Shown: positions 43,001 through 53,469 of the stretch, piece after piece | Layout of the letters: every line of letters begins with the position of its first letter | How positions within the stretch are numbered: position 1 is the stretch's first letter | Assembly: GCF_002113885.1 (NCBI RefSeq) | Contig: NW_018404198.1 | Location: 1-53,469, forward strand | DNA from: Mizuhopecten yessoensis | Lineage: Eukaryota | Direction: 5' to 3' | DNA: 53,469 nucleotides | Notes under the pieces: generated by a model | Database searches by the model: none | What the model saw: only the letters and a program-made list of their open reading frames with translations | Told to the model about the DNA's origin: nothing | Made by a program: the position numbers and the translations under genes

Positions 43001-46000
43001 CAAATTCACTGGGTGAAAATGCTAGATTTAAGGGTCGAAAATCGGGAGTCTCCCTCCGAAATAGGGGGGAGTTGGCAAGTATGTTGAACACATAACAAAA
43101 GTTTAAGCATCAGAAATGTATTTTTGAATACGGACAATCAGGACTTGTGTTTCATCTACTTGCTGGAAAGCTTTCTTCATATCATTGTGTTCATCTTCTA
43201 CGATTTCATGAATGGGAATCACACTGTTATTAGTAATCCATCCTTATAACTTCTGATTGATCAATGCTGAAGAAAACAATGTCCATGGTCGGGTGGTGCA
43301 GCAGGTAGTGCGCTCACCTTTCACCAAGATGGCCAGGGTTTTAATATCGAATGTGAAAAAGTATTGGGTCATCTGACCAGCCATTTAGGTAGTTAGTTTC
43401 CTCCCACACAGAGACCCCCTGTGTGCATCTATCTGGGTCAACAACCGTGAGGGTAAACCTTGTTTCACATTGTTGTAAAATAAATAAAGCTTTCATTTTA
43501 TGTATTAACCAAAAACTGTCATATGTTGTAAGGCAAGTTTTGAGTTCTTTGTAATAAGTTCAAATCAGAAAAAAATATCTTAATTCATGTACATTTTATG
43601 TATTTGTAAAATTATTATAAGTGTTTTGATGTTTAGAATGTCTGATATATTAACTTTTCTATCAAACAAACAGTGAACTGAAAGTAAATGTGGGTTTGTA
43701 TGTGTATAAAGAATTTGTTTGTCAGCAGACTCACAAATGTACAGTAGTGAAGGAGGAGGACTTAGAGGCTTACCGTAGTACCCTGTCTGTCGTCACAAGT
43801 TCCCATATATACAGTGTACAGAGGGCTAACCTCAAGGTAAGAGACTGACCGTAGTACCCTGGCTGTCGTCACAAGTTCTCATATATACAGTGTACAGAGG
43901 GCTAACCTCAAGGTAAGAGACTTACCGTAGTACCCTGGCTGTCGTCACAAGTTCTCATATATACAGTGTACAGAGGGCTAACCTCAAGGTAAGAGACTTA
44001 CCGTAGTACCCTGGCTGTCATCACAAGTTCTCATATATACAGTGTACAGAGGGCTAACCTCAAGGTAAGAGACTTACCGTAGTACCCTGGCTGTCGTCAC
44101 AAGTTCTCATATATACAGTGTACAGAGGGCTAACCTCAAGGTAAGAGACTTACCGTAGTACCCTGGCTGTCGTCACAAGTTCTCATATATACAGTGTACA
44201 GAGGGCTAACCTCAAGGTAAGAGACTTACCGTAGTACCCTGGCTGTCATCACAAGTTCTCATATATACAGTGTACAGAGGGCTAACCTCAAGGTAAGAGA
44301 CTTACCGTAGTACCCTGGCTGTCGTCACAAGTTCTCATATATACAGTGTACAGAGGGCTAACCTCAAGGTAAGAGACTTACCGTAGTACCCTGGCTGTCA
44401 TCACAAGTTCTCATATATACAGTGTACAGAGGGCTAACCTCAAGGTAAGAGACTTACCGTAGTACCCTGGCTGTCATCACAAGTTCTCATATATACAGTG
44501 TACAGAGGGCTAACCTCAAGGTAAGAGACTTACCGTAGTACCCTGGCTGTCATCACAAGTTCTCATATATACAGTGTACAGAGGGCTAACCTCAAGGTAA
44601 GAGACTTACCGTAGTACCCTGGCTGTCATCACAAGTTCTCATATATACAGTGTACAGAGGGCTAACCTCAAGGTAAGAGACTTACCGTAGTACCCTGGCT
44701 GTCATCACAAGTTCTCATATATACAGTGTACAGAGGGCTAACCTCAAGGTAAGAGACTTACCGTAGTACCCTGGCTGTCATCACAAGTTCTCATATATAC
44801 AGTGTACAGAGGGCTAACCTCAAGGTAAGAGACTTACCGTAGTACCCTGGCTGTCATCACAAGTTCTCATATATACAGTGTACAGAGGGCTAACCTCAAG
44901 GTAAGAGACTTACCGTAGTACCCTGGCTGTCGTCACAAGTTCTCATATATACAGTGTACAGAGGGCTAACCTCAAGGTAAGAGACTTACCGTAGTACCCT
45001 GGCTGTCGTCACAAGTTCTCATATATACAGTGTACAGAGGGCTAACCTCAAGGTAAGAGACTTACCGTAGTACCCTGGCTGTCGTCACAAGTTCTCATAT
45101 ATACAGTGTACAGAGGGCTAACCTCAAGGTAAGAGACTTACCGTAGTACCCTGGCTGTCGTCACAAGTTCTCATATATACAGTGTACAGAGGGCTAACCT
45201 CAAGGTAAGAGACTTACCGTAGTACCCTGGCTGTCGTCACAAGTTCTCATATATACAGTGTACAGAGGGCTAACCTCAAGGTAAGAGACTTACCGTAGTA
45301 CCCTGGCTGTCGTCACAAGTTCTCATATATACAGTGTACAGAGGGCTAACCTCAAGGTAAGAGACTTACCGTAGTACCCTGGCTGTCGTCACAAGTTCTC
45401 ATATATACAGTGTACAGAGGGCTAACCTCAAGGTAAGAGACTTACCGTAGTACCCTGGCTGTCATCACAAGTTCTCATATATACAGTGTACAGAGGGCTA
45501 ACCTCAAGGTAAGAGACTTACCGTAGTACCCTGGCTGTCATCACAAGTTCTCATATATACAGTGTACAGAGGGCTAACCTCAAGGTAAGAGACTTACCGT
45601 AGTACCCTGGCTGTCATCACAAGTTCTCATATATACAGTGTACAGAGGGCTAACCTCAAGGTAAGAGACTTACCGTAGTACCCTGGCTGTCATCACAAGT
45701 TCTCATATATACAGTGTACAGAGGGCTAACCTCAAGGTAAGAGACTTACCGTAGTACCCTGTCTGTCATCACAAGTTCTCATATATACAGTGTACAGAGG
45801 GCTAACCTCAAGGTAAGAGACTTACCGTAGTACCCTGTCTGTCATCACAAGTTCTCATATATACAGTGTACAGAGGGCTAACCTCAAGGTAAGAGACTTA
45901 CCGTAGTACCCTGTCTGTCATCACAAGTTCTCATATATACAGTGTACAGAGGGCTAACCTCAAGGTAAGAGACTTACCGTAGTACCCTGTCTGTCATCAC

Positions 46001-49000
46001 AAGTTCTCATATATACAGTGTACAGAGGGCTAACCTCAAGGTTAGAGACTTGCCGTAGTACCCTGTCTGTCATCACAAGTTCTCATATATACAGTGTACA
46101 GAGGGCTAACCTCAAGGTAAGAGACTTACCGTAATACCCTGGCTGTCATTACAAGTTCTCATATATACAGAGTACAGAGGGCTAACCTCAAGGTAAGAGA
46201 CTTCCCGTACTACCCTGGCTGTCATTACAAGTTCTCATATATACAGAGTACAGAGGGCTAACCTCAAGGTAAGAGACTTACCTTAGTTCCCTGGCTGTCG
46301 TCACAAGTTCTCATATATACAGTGTACAGAGGGCTAACCTCAAGGTACAGAGACTTGCCGTAGTACCCTGTCGTCACAAGTTCTCATATATACAGTGTAC
46401 AGAGGGCTAACCTCAAGGTAAGAGACATACCGTACTACCCTGGCTGTCATTACAAGTTCCCATATATACAGTGTACAGAGGGCTAACCTCAAGGTAAGAG
46501 ACTTACCGTACTACCCTGGCTGTCATTACAAGTTCTCATATATACAGAGTACAGAGGGCTAACCTCAAGGTAAGAGACTTACCGTAGTACCCTGGCTGTC
46601 GTCACAAGTTCCAGTCTTAACTGAGGTAAGACTTTGTATTTAGCTCCATTCTTAACTTTGGTAAGACTTTGCAATTAGCTCCATTTTGATTCCAGTGAGA
46701 GTGGGTATATATATCTAATTTAAACATTTGTAATTCTAATTGTGTTATTTTTGTTTCACACAGGATTCGTGTGCCCTGTACACAGCAGAGTATGATGCTA
46801 TCAAGGAATCCAGCAAGTAAGTTCAGGTCTTACTCGGGGTCATTAGAGCCCCGCATTGCAGATGCAGCTGCCAAATTCATGGTGTTTTTCTGTCTGTCCA
46901 TCCATCCACACTTTCATTTCCAGAGAATTGCTCAGAATCCCAAAGACTGATATTTCTGAAAGACATGGTTATACACTTTTAAATGTAGATGTGCAATAAG
47001 GATTTAAAACTTTTCCAAGGTCAAGGTCAAGGCCACTGTTACTGAAAATAGACCGTGGGAAGTACAATGCTTATCTCGGAATGCAAAAGACTCATCTTTC
47101 TGTTTGACATAGTGATATATAGTGATACACTGTGATACGCAGATGTGCATAGAGGGGTTTAAAAGGTTTCCAAGGTCAAAGTCACTTTTACTAAAAATAG
47201 ATAATGATACAGCGATACGTAGATGTGCAAAAGGGGGTTTAAAAAGTTTCTAAGGTCACAGTTACTGTAACTAAAAATAGACCTAGGGGAAATCCAGTTT
47301 TTGTTAGCTCACCTAGCCCGAAGGGCCAAGTGAGCTTATGGCATGGTGCGGAGTCCGGCGTCCGTCCGGCGTCAACTTTTTACTTTAAACAACCTCTTCT
47401 CAGTAACCAAAAGGCCTAGGGTGATGATATTTGGCCAGAAGCATGCTGGGATGAAGGGCTACCAAGTTGTTCAAATAAATGACCTTCATCCATTTTCAAG
47501 GTCACAGGGGTCAAATATGTTAAAATCTTTAAACAACTTCTTCTGAATAACCAAGAGTCCTAGGGTGATGATATTTGGCCAGTAACATGCTGGGATGAAG
47601 GGCTACCAAGTTTGTTCAAATAAATGACCTTGACTTATATTCAAGGTCACTAGGATCAAATATGTTAAAAACATTTAAACAACTTCTGAATAACCAAGAG
47701 GCCTAAGGTGATGATATTTGGCCAGTAACATGCTGGGATGAAGGGCTACCAAGTTTGTTCAAATAAATGACCTTGACTTATATTCAAGGTCACTAGGGTC
47801 AAATATGTTAAAAACATTTAAACAACTTCTGAATAACCAAGAGGCCTAAGGTGATGATATTTGGCCAGTAACATGCTGGGATGAAGGGCTACCAAGTTTG
47901 TTCAAATAAATGACCTTGACTTATATTCAAGGTCACTAGGGTCAAATATGTTAAAAACATTTAAACAACTTCTGAATAACCAAGAGGCCTAAGGTGATGA
48001 TATTTGGCCAGTAACATGCTGGGATGAAGGGCTACAAAGTTTGTTCAAATGAATGACCTTGACATATATTCAAGGTCACAGGGGTCAAATATGTTTAAAA
48101 CTTTGGAATGACTTCTTCTTAATAATCAAAAGGCCAAGGGTGAGGATATTTGGCCAGTAACATGCTCGGATGAAGGGCTACCAAGTTTGTTCAAATGAAT
48201 GCCCTTGACATATATTCAAGGTCACAGGGGTCAAATATGTTTAAATCTTTGGAATGACTTCTTCTTAATCAAAAGGCCAAGGGTGAGGATATTTGGCCAG
48301 TAACATGCTGGGATGAAGGGCTGCCAAGTTTGCTCAAATGAATGACCTTCCCCCATATTCAAGGTCACAGTGGTCAATATATGTTTAAATCTTTAAATGA
48401 TTTGTTCTGTATAACCAAAATGTCCAGGGTAATGATATTTTGCTAGAAGCATGCTGGATTGGAAGACTATAAACTCTGTTCAACCTAATGTCCTTGTTCG
48501 TTGTTCAAGGTCACAGGTGTCATATGTTTAAATCTTTTAATAGGTTCTTATGAATCAAACACTGATATTCTGTCTGTAGGTGTATTTTCGTCCACTTTTA
48601 AGATTACAAGTGTGAGATTAATACCTGCAGGTGAGCGATTCAGGCCCATTGGGCCTCTTGTTTGTCTGAAGTATGCTACTTTCTGATGTGATCAACACCC
48701 TGTCAAGTTGTTAATGCTTTTGAAGTTGTAAAATATGTGTGATATATGGATATCCCATTACATTGTAAGATTTTTCTAATTCATAAATATTTCTTACAAT
48801 TTACAGATACACCTCTATCAAATTTGCAAAGGCAAAATTAAGATCTGGAGCAGAGATTGAGTCACTATGTAAAACTTCTGTCCCACAAACAACAGAAACG
48901 AACAAGCAAATCAAGGTTAGATGGCTCAACGATAACATATACAGGGCAGGCGTAGGTGATTCGAAAGGAAGTCTTTCTGATGTAAACCCAAATCCTTGTC

Positions 49001-52000
49001 CAAGATCTACATAGAGTGTTCAGAAGTTTGTACAGGCAGGAAATGTGAAGCCAAGTATAACGATGACATTCCAGTTGTTAATGTTATATACAGCAGTTTA
49101 TTTACAAAACAGTGATTTAAGTACAATCGTGGACTATGTACTGTAATGTAGAAAAAATCATCTTTCTGTTGCATTGTCTCTGTTTGTTTTCACAGTCTTT
49201 AGTAGTTCCAGTTAATCAGCTGATCAAGTAGTGGTTAATTAATCTGATTGATTGACTGCAGAAATCATGATTAAGTTTCATCACAATAATAGTGAGTAGA
49301 TCAAGTGGAGTTTTCTGTTTAGTTCATGAAAGTCAGGATTACAAGTCCATATCCCTGCTGGTGACTGTTTTGATTAATGAGGAAAAATATATGAAAAGTC
49401 ACAGTGCATTTCTATAAAGTGATTTTTATATCAATCCTTGGTTTAATAGTTAAGGGTATCTGATGATCGATCATTAAATTACAGATACCCAACTTGAGTC
49501 TTTGACTGGTTAAAGGTTTGGTAGAGGGAAGGCACTTTTGTTTTAGACCAGACATTCTCCATGACTGAGAAGTTCAAGGTCATTGTCATTATCTTTGAAT
49601 TTAATTGTGTTCAATCCTCCTTCTGAACAAAAATTGATTTAGAAGTAGAAAACAGTTTCCTTCGTGTTCTTGCCATGGCTTTTATGAATGAAACACATCA
49701 TCATTCTATACTGAATACTTACTCGAGGTTCGTTTGATTCCAGACAAATGGCACCTCTACCACAAATGGGCAGAGTAAACCAGCTGCCAAGCCGCAGCAG
49801 AAAGCCGGCATCGCTGGAATGTTTGCCAAGGCAGCTAAGAAACCTGAGAACAAAAAGGAGGAACCGAAACAAGAAAAGGAAGTAAAGGAAAACAAACCGG
49901 AAAAGGTCTGTTTATCATTCCTCGGTAAACTCACATCCCTTGCTTTAATACACCTATTCATTTAAAGTGTAGTTTACGGGAGTATATTTGGTTTATTTGT
50001 TTGCTGGGCACTGAGTTTAACAATACCTTTGGTCTCCGTCACTGTATTTCTCTCAAAACTGGTGGAAAAGTCTCGAAAGATTAATAAAAATAATGAAAAA
50101 CTTGAAACATAGTTATCCTGTATGGTGTTTTGGGGAGTGATTAGATTAAATCATGAAATTGAGAGAAAAGAGTGTCTTGTGGCTTTTTCTGAAGAGCAGA
50201 CTGCCAATTCATAGGTGTCCCATGTGATGTTACAGGTCTATTGTACAAATGAAATGATTTCCAGACATCAGCTGTGGTAAAAAGGGTTTTAATTTCATGG
50301 AGATATGTTTTCACAGTATTGATTTCATAGAGTTCAATTTCCTACAGCACTTACAGTCAATATGTCTCACTATGTTTCTGTCTGAATTCACAGGAGTGAT
50401 ATTTTGCAGATTTGTTCAGGCTGCTAAAAAAAGAACACATAAAACATTTGAAAAATGACAGTATCTCAGAAATCAAAAAATATAAATAATTTAGTTGTTA
50501 ACATTTTAATTGTATTAACAGAGCGGCACAGCAGCTAAGAAGGGAGGGATGATGTCTTTCTTCTCAAAACAAACAGGTAATGATGGTGGATATTTTGGGT
50601 ATTCTGGATATTTGGATATTTTCATCAGATGTGTTATACTTGTGTAAAGTCTTAAAGAGAGATATAATCCAGAGTGGTAAAACGTTGCTATCGGTAATAT
50701 ATTGTGTTTAGAAAATTATGATCGTATGCTGTCATAAACGGGATGGACTGTTTCCAGTAAAACTAACTTGATATACCTTTTGATGTGAGATGAACAAAAA
50801 GTGAGGAGAGTTCCCAGGGGAAGGTTTGGGGCATTATATAAGTCTCCTGTATCCCATTCAGTGACCCTCTACCCTCGCTGTAACACGAGGCACGTCTGGT
50901 TAACCTGTTGTTGGAATAACGGGACCAGACGTGGTGGTGTCGTGCTACCCTGCCCTGGTCGCGTCTTTACCGTATTTAACTACACATAGTCCCCTACCCC
51001 TAGTAAAAACAAATTGACCGAAAGGAGGGAGGGGGCTTAATTGCGAGTATACCCCCTGTTCACAAATGTCCGCCATCTTGGATATATGCCACTGTTTTGA
51101 TCTATGGCAAAATCGTACAAAAAACAACCAGCATTATGAGCAAGAAGCACGTTGATTTGGTCATCAGTGGTGTGCAACTTATTCTTGCACAATTGATATC
51201 TCTTCCCTGTAATTTGATTTGTGTACCATGTGAGCAGTGATATAACATCACATAACTGAAGAGTGACTATACGTACGTATGTATAATAAACCTTACTCTC
51301 TGACTAAACAATGGAACAGCTTTAATGAACAGATGGCGTTATTTTTGTAACAGATGAGATTTTGATGTGAATTGTAGATAAGAAACCGGAACAGTCCGCT
51401 AGAGAAGAAACCAAACAGGAGTCGAAACCGGTCATCAAAACAGAGAAGAAAGACGATTCCTCTCCTCCTCCTCAGAAGAAGAAGTGAGTTTTCCTTGTTA
51501 TACACTACACTGACAGCTCGTGTATCTATGTCTGTAGTTATATGTGACCGACATTTCATAAATGGTTAACTCAGATTCAGATTCTTTGACTGAATAGCAA
51601 CATGCTCCAAGCTTATGGAGATTGATTTACTGAGGCTAATTAGTATATCTATTGCCCTACGTACATTTCACCAGTACACTTAGATAATAGTATACAGTTA
51701 TAGAATGGGTATGAGGGAAATATCACATTTATGGTCCCCCGAGGTGAAAAACTATTTCCCGAGGCGGCGAAGCCGTTGAGGGGAATAGTTTTTCACCAAG
51801 GGGGACCATAAATTTGCCATTTCCCGAATTACCCATTCTATAACTGTTTTATAACGAAACAAATTATTCACCCAGTAAAGGCAATTTAACAAATGGATTT
51901 ATTTATTCATTTCCTTTTACAATTTCAAAGACTGAAAGAGAAAAAAATACAATTGGAAGTACTGTATGCATCGTCGTTGATGATAACTTCATTTCTAGCA

Positions 52001-52961
52001 TTCAAGAAGTGTTTTTTATAGACTGAATCTCATCGTCACCATTGTATTCCTACCATATCTAGATCTAGTCCTATCCACTTTGTTTTAAAAGAGCTTGCAT
52101 GACCATACTCGTCGACGCTTCCGGCATTTCGTTCTGTTGAATAAGTTTGAAGTGAATTCACTGCAGTCTTTATAACAGCTTTTGTATTTAAGCTACGTTA
52201 CGTTTAGCATCCAAAATCTGCTGTAACTCCTCTTTACAACAACAAAACGGCCTTCATCGGTGGCCATTTTCACTGGTTTTTTTTGGTTCTGAAAATGTGA
52301 CGTCACAAGCGTCACGGAGAAGGCCCTGCCTACCAATGTTTTCATTGGTTGAAATCTTATAAGCTCCACCTACAAATATTCATGAGGGAGTAGTCCTCTT
52401 TCTGGCAGGGAGTTGTCCTTTTTATGCAGGGAGTAGTCCTAATTTGGGGAGGGAGTAGATCTCAGATGGAGATATTTAAGTGATTTAATAAGGGAAATAG
52501 CATTGTTTTTATATAGGGAAAACTCAGTAGAGGTATAATAATATTGACTATTATATGTCGCCCTGGTAAAATAGTTCTGCTACTTACATTCCTCCCTCCT
52601 TGAACAAAACCATTACCATTGACATTTTTTCTCAAAAGTAAAATGATGAAAATATTGCTGCATCAAAATATGTGGGAATTAGAAGTGTAATATTTGATGC
52701 AAGTATGTTTTTTTTATTTTTTTTTTATTTTTGTCTTCACATATACATCATGTAAAATATCATATGAGTATACATATATCATGTAAACATATCCTCTCAC
52801 AGGAGTCCATCAATACCATAAGTTCAAACAATTTTATTATCACATATTAAGAGTTTAAATTCTTCATAACAATTTCCTTTTTTTAGTGATTGTTTTTTTA
52901 ATTCTTTTCAGAGTTGAACCAAAGAAGGCAACAAAGAAAACACACAGGAAACCTGATTCAG
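40093..52961 (+). CDS. POLD3: DNA polymerase delta subunit 3 (p66/Cdc27/Pol32), first 10 coding exons; continues beyond the window
   Basis: Exons 40093-40155, 41879-41934, 42459-42564, 43729-43836, 46764-46816, 48807-48915, 49744-49905, 50522-50576, 51378-51483, 52912-52961, all phase-consistent. Protein reads LYLENLEEYVNDENKIVTYRWFSTNLKVHVNQAKQMLYAFV...SHIYSVQRANLKDS...GIAGMFAK...GMMSFFSK. Confidence 0.94.
40673..41306 (+). mobile_element. Unclassified dispersed element, copy 3 (POLD3 intron 1)
   Basis: TAATACCCGGCC..GGCCGGGTATTA hairpin at the 5' end, colinear with 38661-39334, TGACGACG..CGTCGTCA hairpin at the 3' end. Confidence 0.85.
42079..42195 (+). mobile_element. Degenerate tRNA-like unit related to 18340-18473
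   Basis: GGTAGTTCTATTAGTAGAGCA...GAGTTCGAACCC...CTGGCCGTGCATTTT. Confidence 0.45.
43286..43490 (+). mobile_element. Degenerate tRNA-derived SINE, V-core-like
   Basis: tRNA-like head GGTGGTGCAGCAGGTAGTGCGCTCACCTTTCACCAA, GTTTCCTCCCACA motif and AAATAAATAAAG tail. Confidence 0.55.
43770..46612 (+). repeat. 76-bp tandem array (about 37 copies) of the last 67 nt of POLD3 exon 4 plus the first 9 nt of intron 4
   Basis: Unit TTACCGTAGTACCCTG(G/T)CTGTC(G/A)TCACAAGTTCTCATATATACAGTGTACAGAGGGCTAACCTCAAG|GTAAGAGAC. Confidence 0.98.
47304..48662 (+). mobile_element. Apparently full-length HINE/pearl-like (Helentron-associated) non-autonomous element with about 8 internal ~143-147-bp tandem repeats
   Basis: 5' hairpin TTAGCTCACCTAGCCCGAAGGGCCAAGTGAGCTTA, CGTCCGTCC microsatellite, cores with GTGATGATATTTGGCC and TGACCTTGAC, 3' CAGGTGAGCG subterminal IR and AGGCCCATTGGGCCT palindrome, T-rich flanks. 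Confidence 0.85.
51680..52545 (-). mobile_element. Decayed Crypton-like (tyrosine recombinase/DUF3504-type) transposon derivative in POLD3 intron 9
   Basis: 154-bp hairpin at 51694-51847. Broken minus-strand frame from 52267: MATDEGRFVVV/EELQQILDAK/LNTKAVIKTAVNSLQTY.../GRNTMVTMRFSL*KHFLNARNEVIINDDAYSTSNCIF, resembling Crypton N-terminal regions. Confidence 0.6.
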
Positions 52962-53060
52962 GTAAATAAAAGAATAATGTAATATCACGTTACCTATACA
53001 TTCATTTTAACACCTGCTAATGGAATCTGATCAGTCCTCTGTGATTTCCTTTTATATGGA

Positions 53061-53154
53061 CAAACCGGTACGTCTACTTCTGTTAATGTCACAAACCGGT
53101 ACGTCTTCTTCTGTTAATGTCACAAACCAGTACATCTTCTTCTGTTAATGTCAC
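53061..53154. repeat. 31-bp tandem repeat x3
   Basis: Unit CAAACCGGTACGTCTTCTTCTGTTAATGTCA. Confidence 0.9.
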
Positions 53155-53469
53155 ATTCTTATTTTAGATCACTAGGTTTGTCCCCATTTCATAAAAAAAC
53201 CCACCTCTAGTCGAACTGATCCAAACTGTTTAGAATGTTATACCAGGAAAGGAAATGGCCCAACTCGCTGTAGTTATAGCAATATTGAATACACCATATA
53301 CAATTGGTACATGAAACTGCAAAATAGTCGGTTCTGAAAGTAACATGATTTATTTGTACAAGCTTCTGCAGTAATACAGTTAGAATTACGCCCAAGTATC
53401 CACTTTTTGTGGCACGAACGCAGGACGCACGCTTCCCGAACGGAGACGAGCCGCTATACGACCGCAGGA

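Overview
AT-rich animal genomic DNA with GT-AG spliceosomal introns. The repeat content suggests a mollusc, probably a bivalve (inference). Five protein-coding genes were assembled by hand with consistent splice phases: the 3' end of RBMX2 (+), a complete 9-exon GPR180-like gene (-), a 2-exon AT-hook/10xC2H2 zinc-finger gene (+), a complete 6-exon LCMT1 (-) and the first 10 exons of POLD3 (+). They form two head-to-head pairs: GPR180/ZNF and LCMT1/POLD3. Introns and intergenic DNA contain minisatellites, tRNA-derived SINEs, HINE/pearl-like elements, MITEs, a decayed Crypton-like element, TG..CA-bounded tRNA-containing LTR-like units and a minimal hammerhead ribozyme motif. The most striking pattern is that at least four unrelated tandem arrays start exactly on exon-intron junctions and multiply real splice sites, with up to about 37 copies of the POLD3 exon-4 donor. 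Most short ORFs in the supplied track are repeat or antisense artefacts. Gene and family names come from my recall of sequence motifs; no database search was run.
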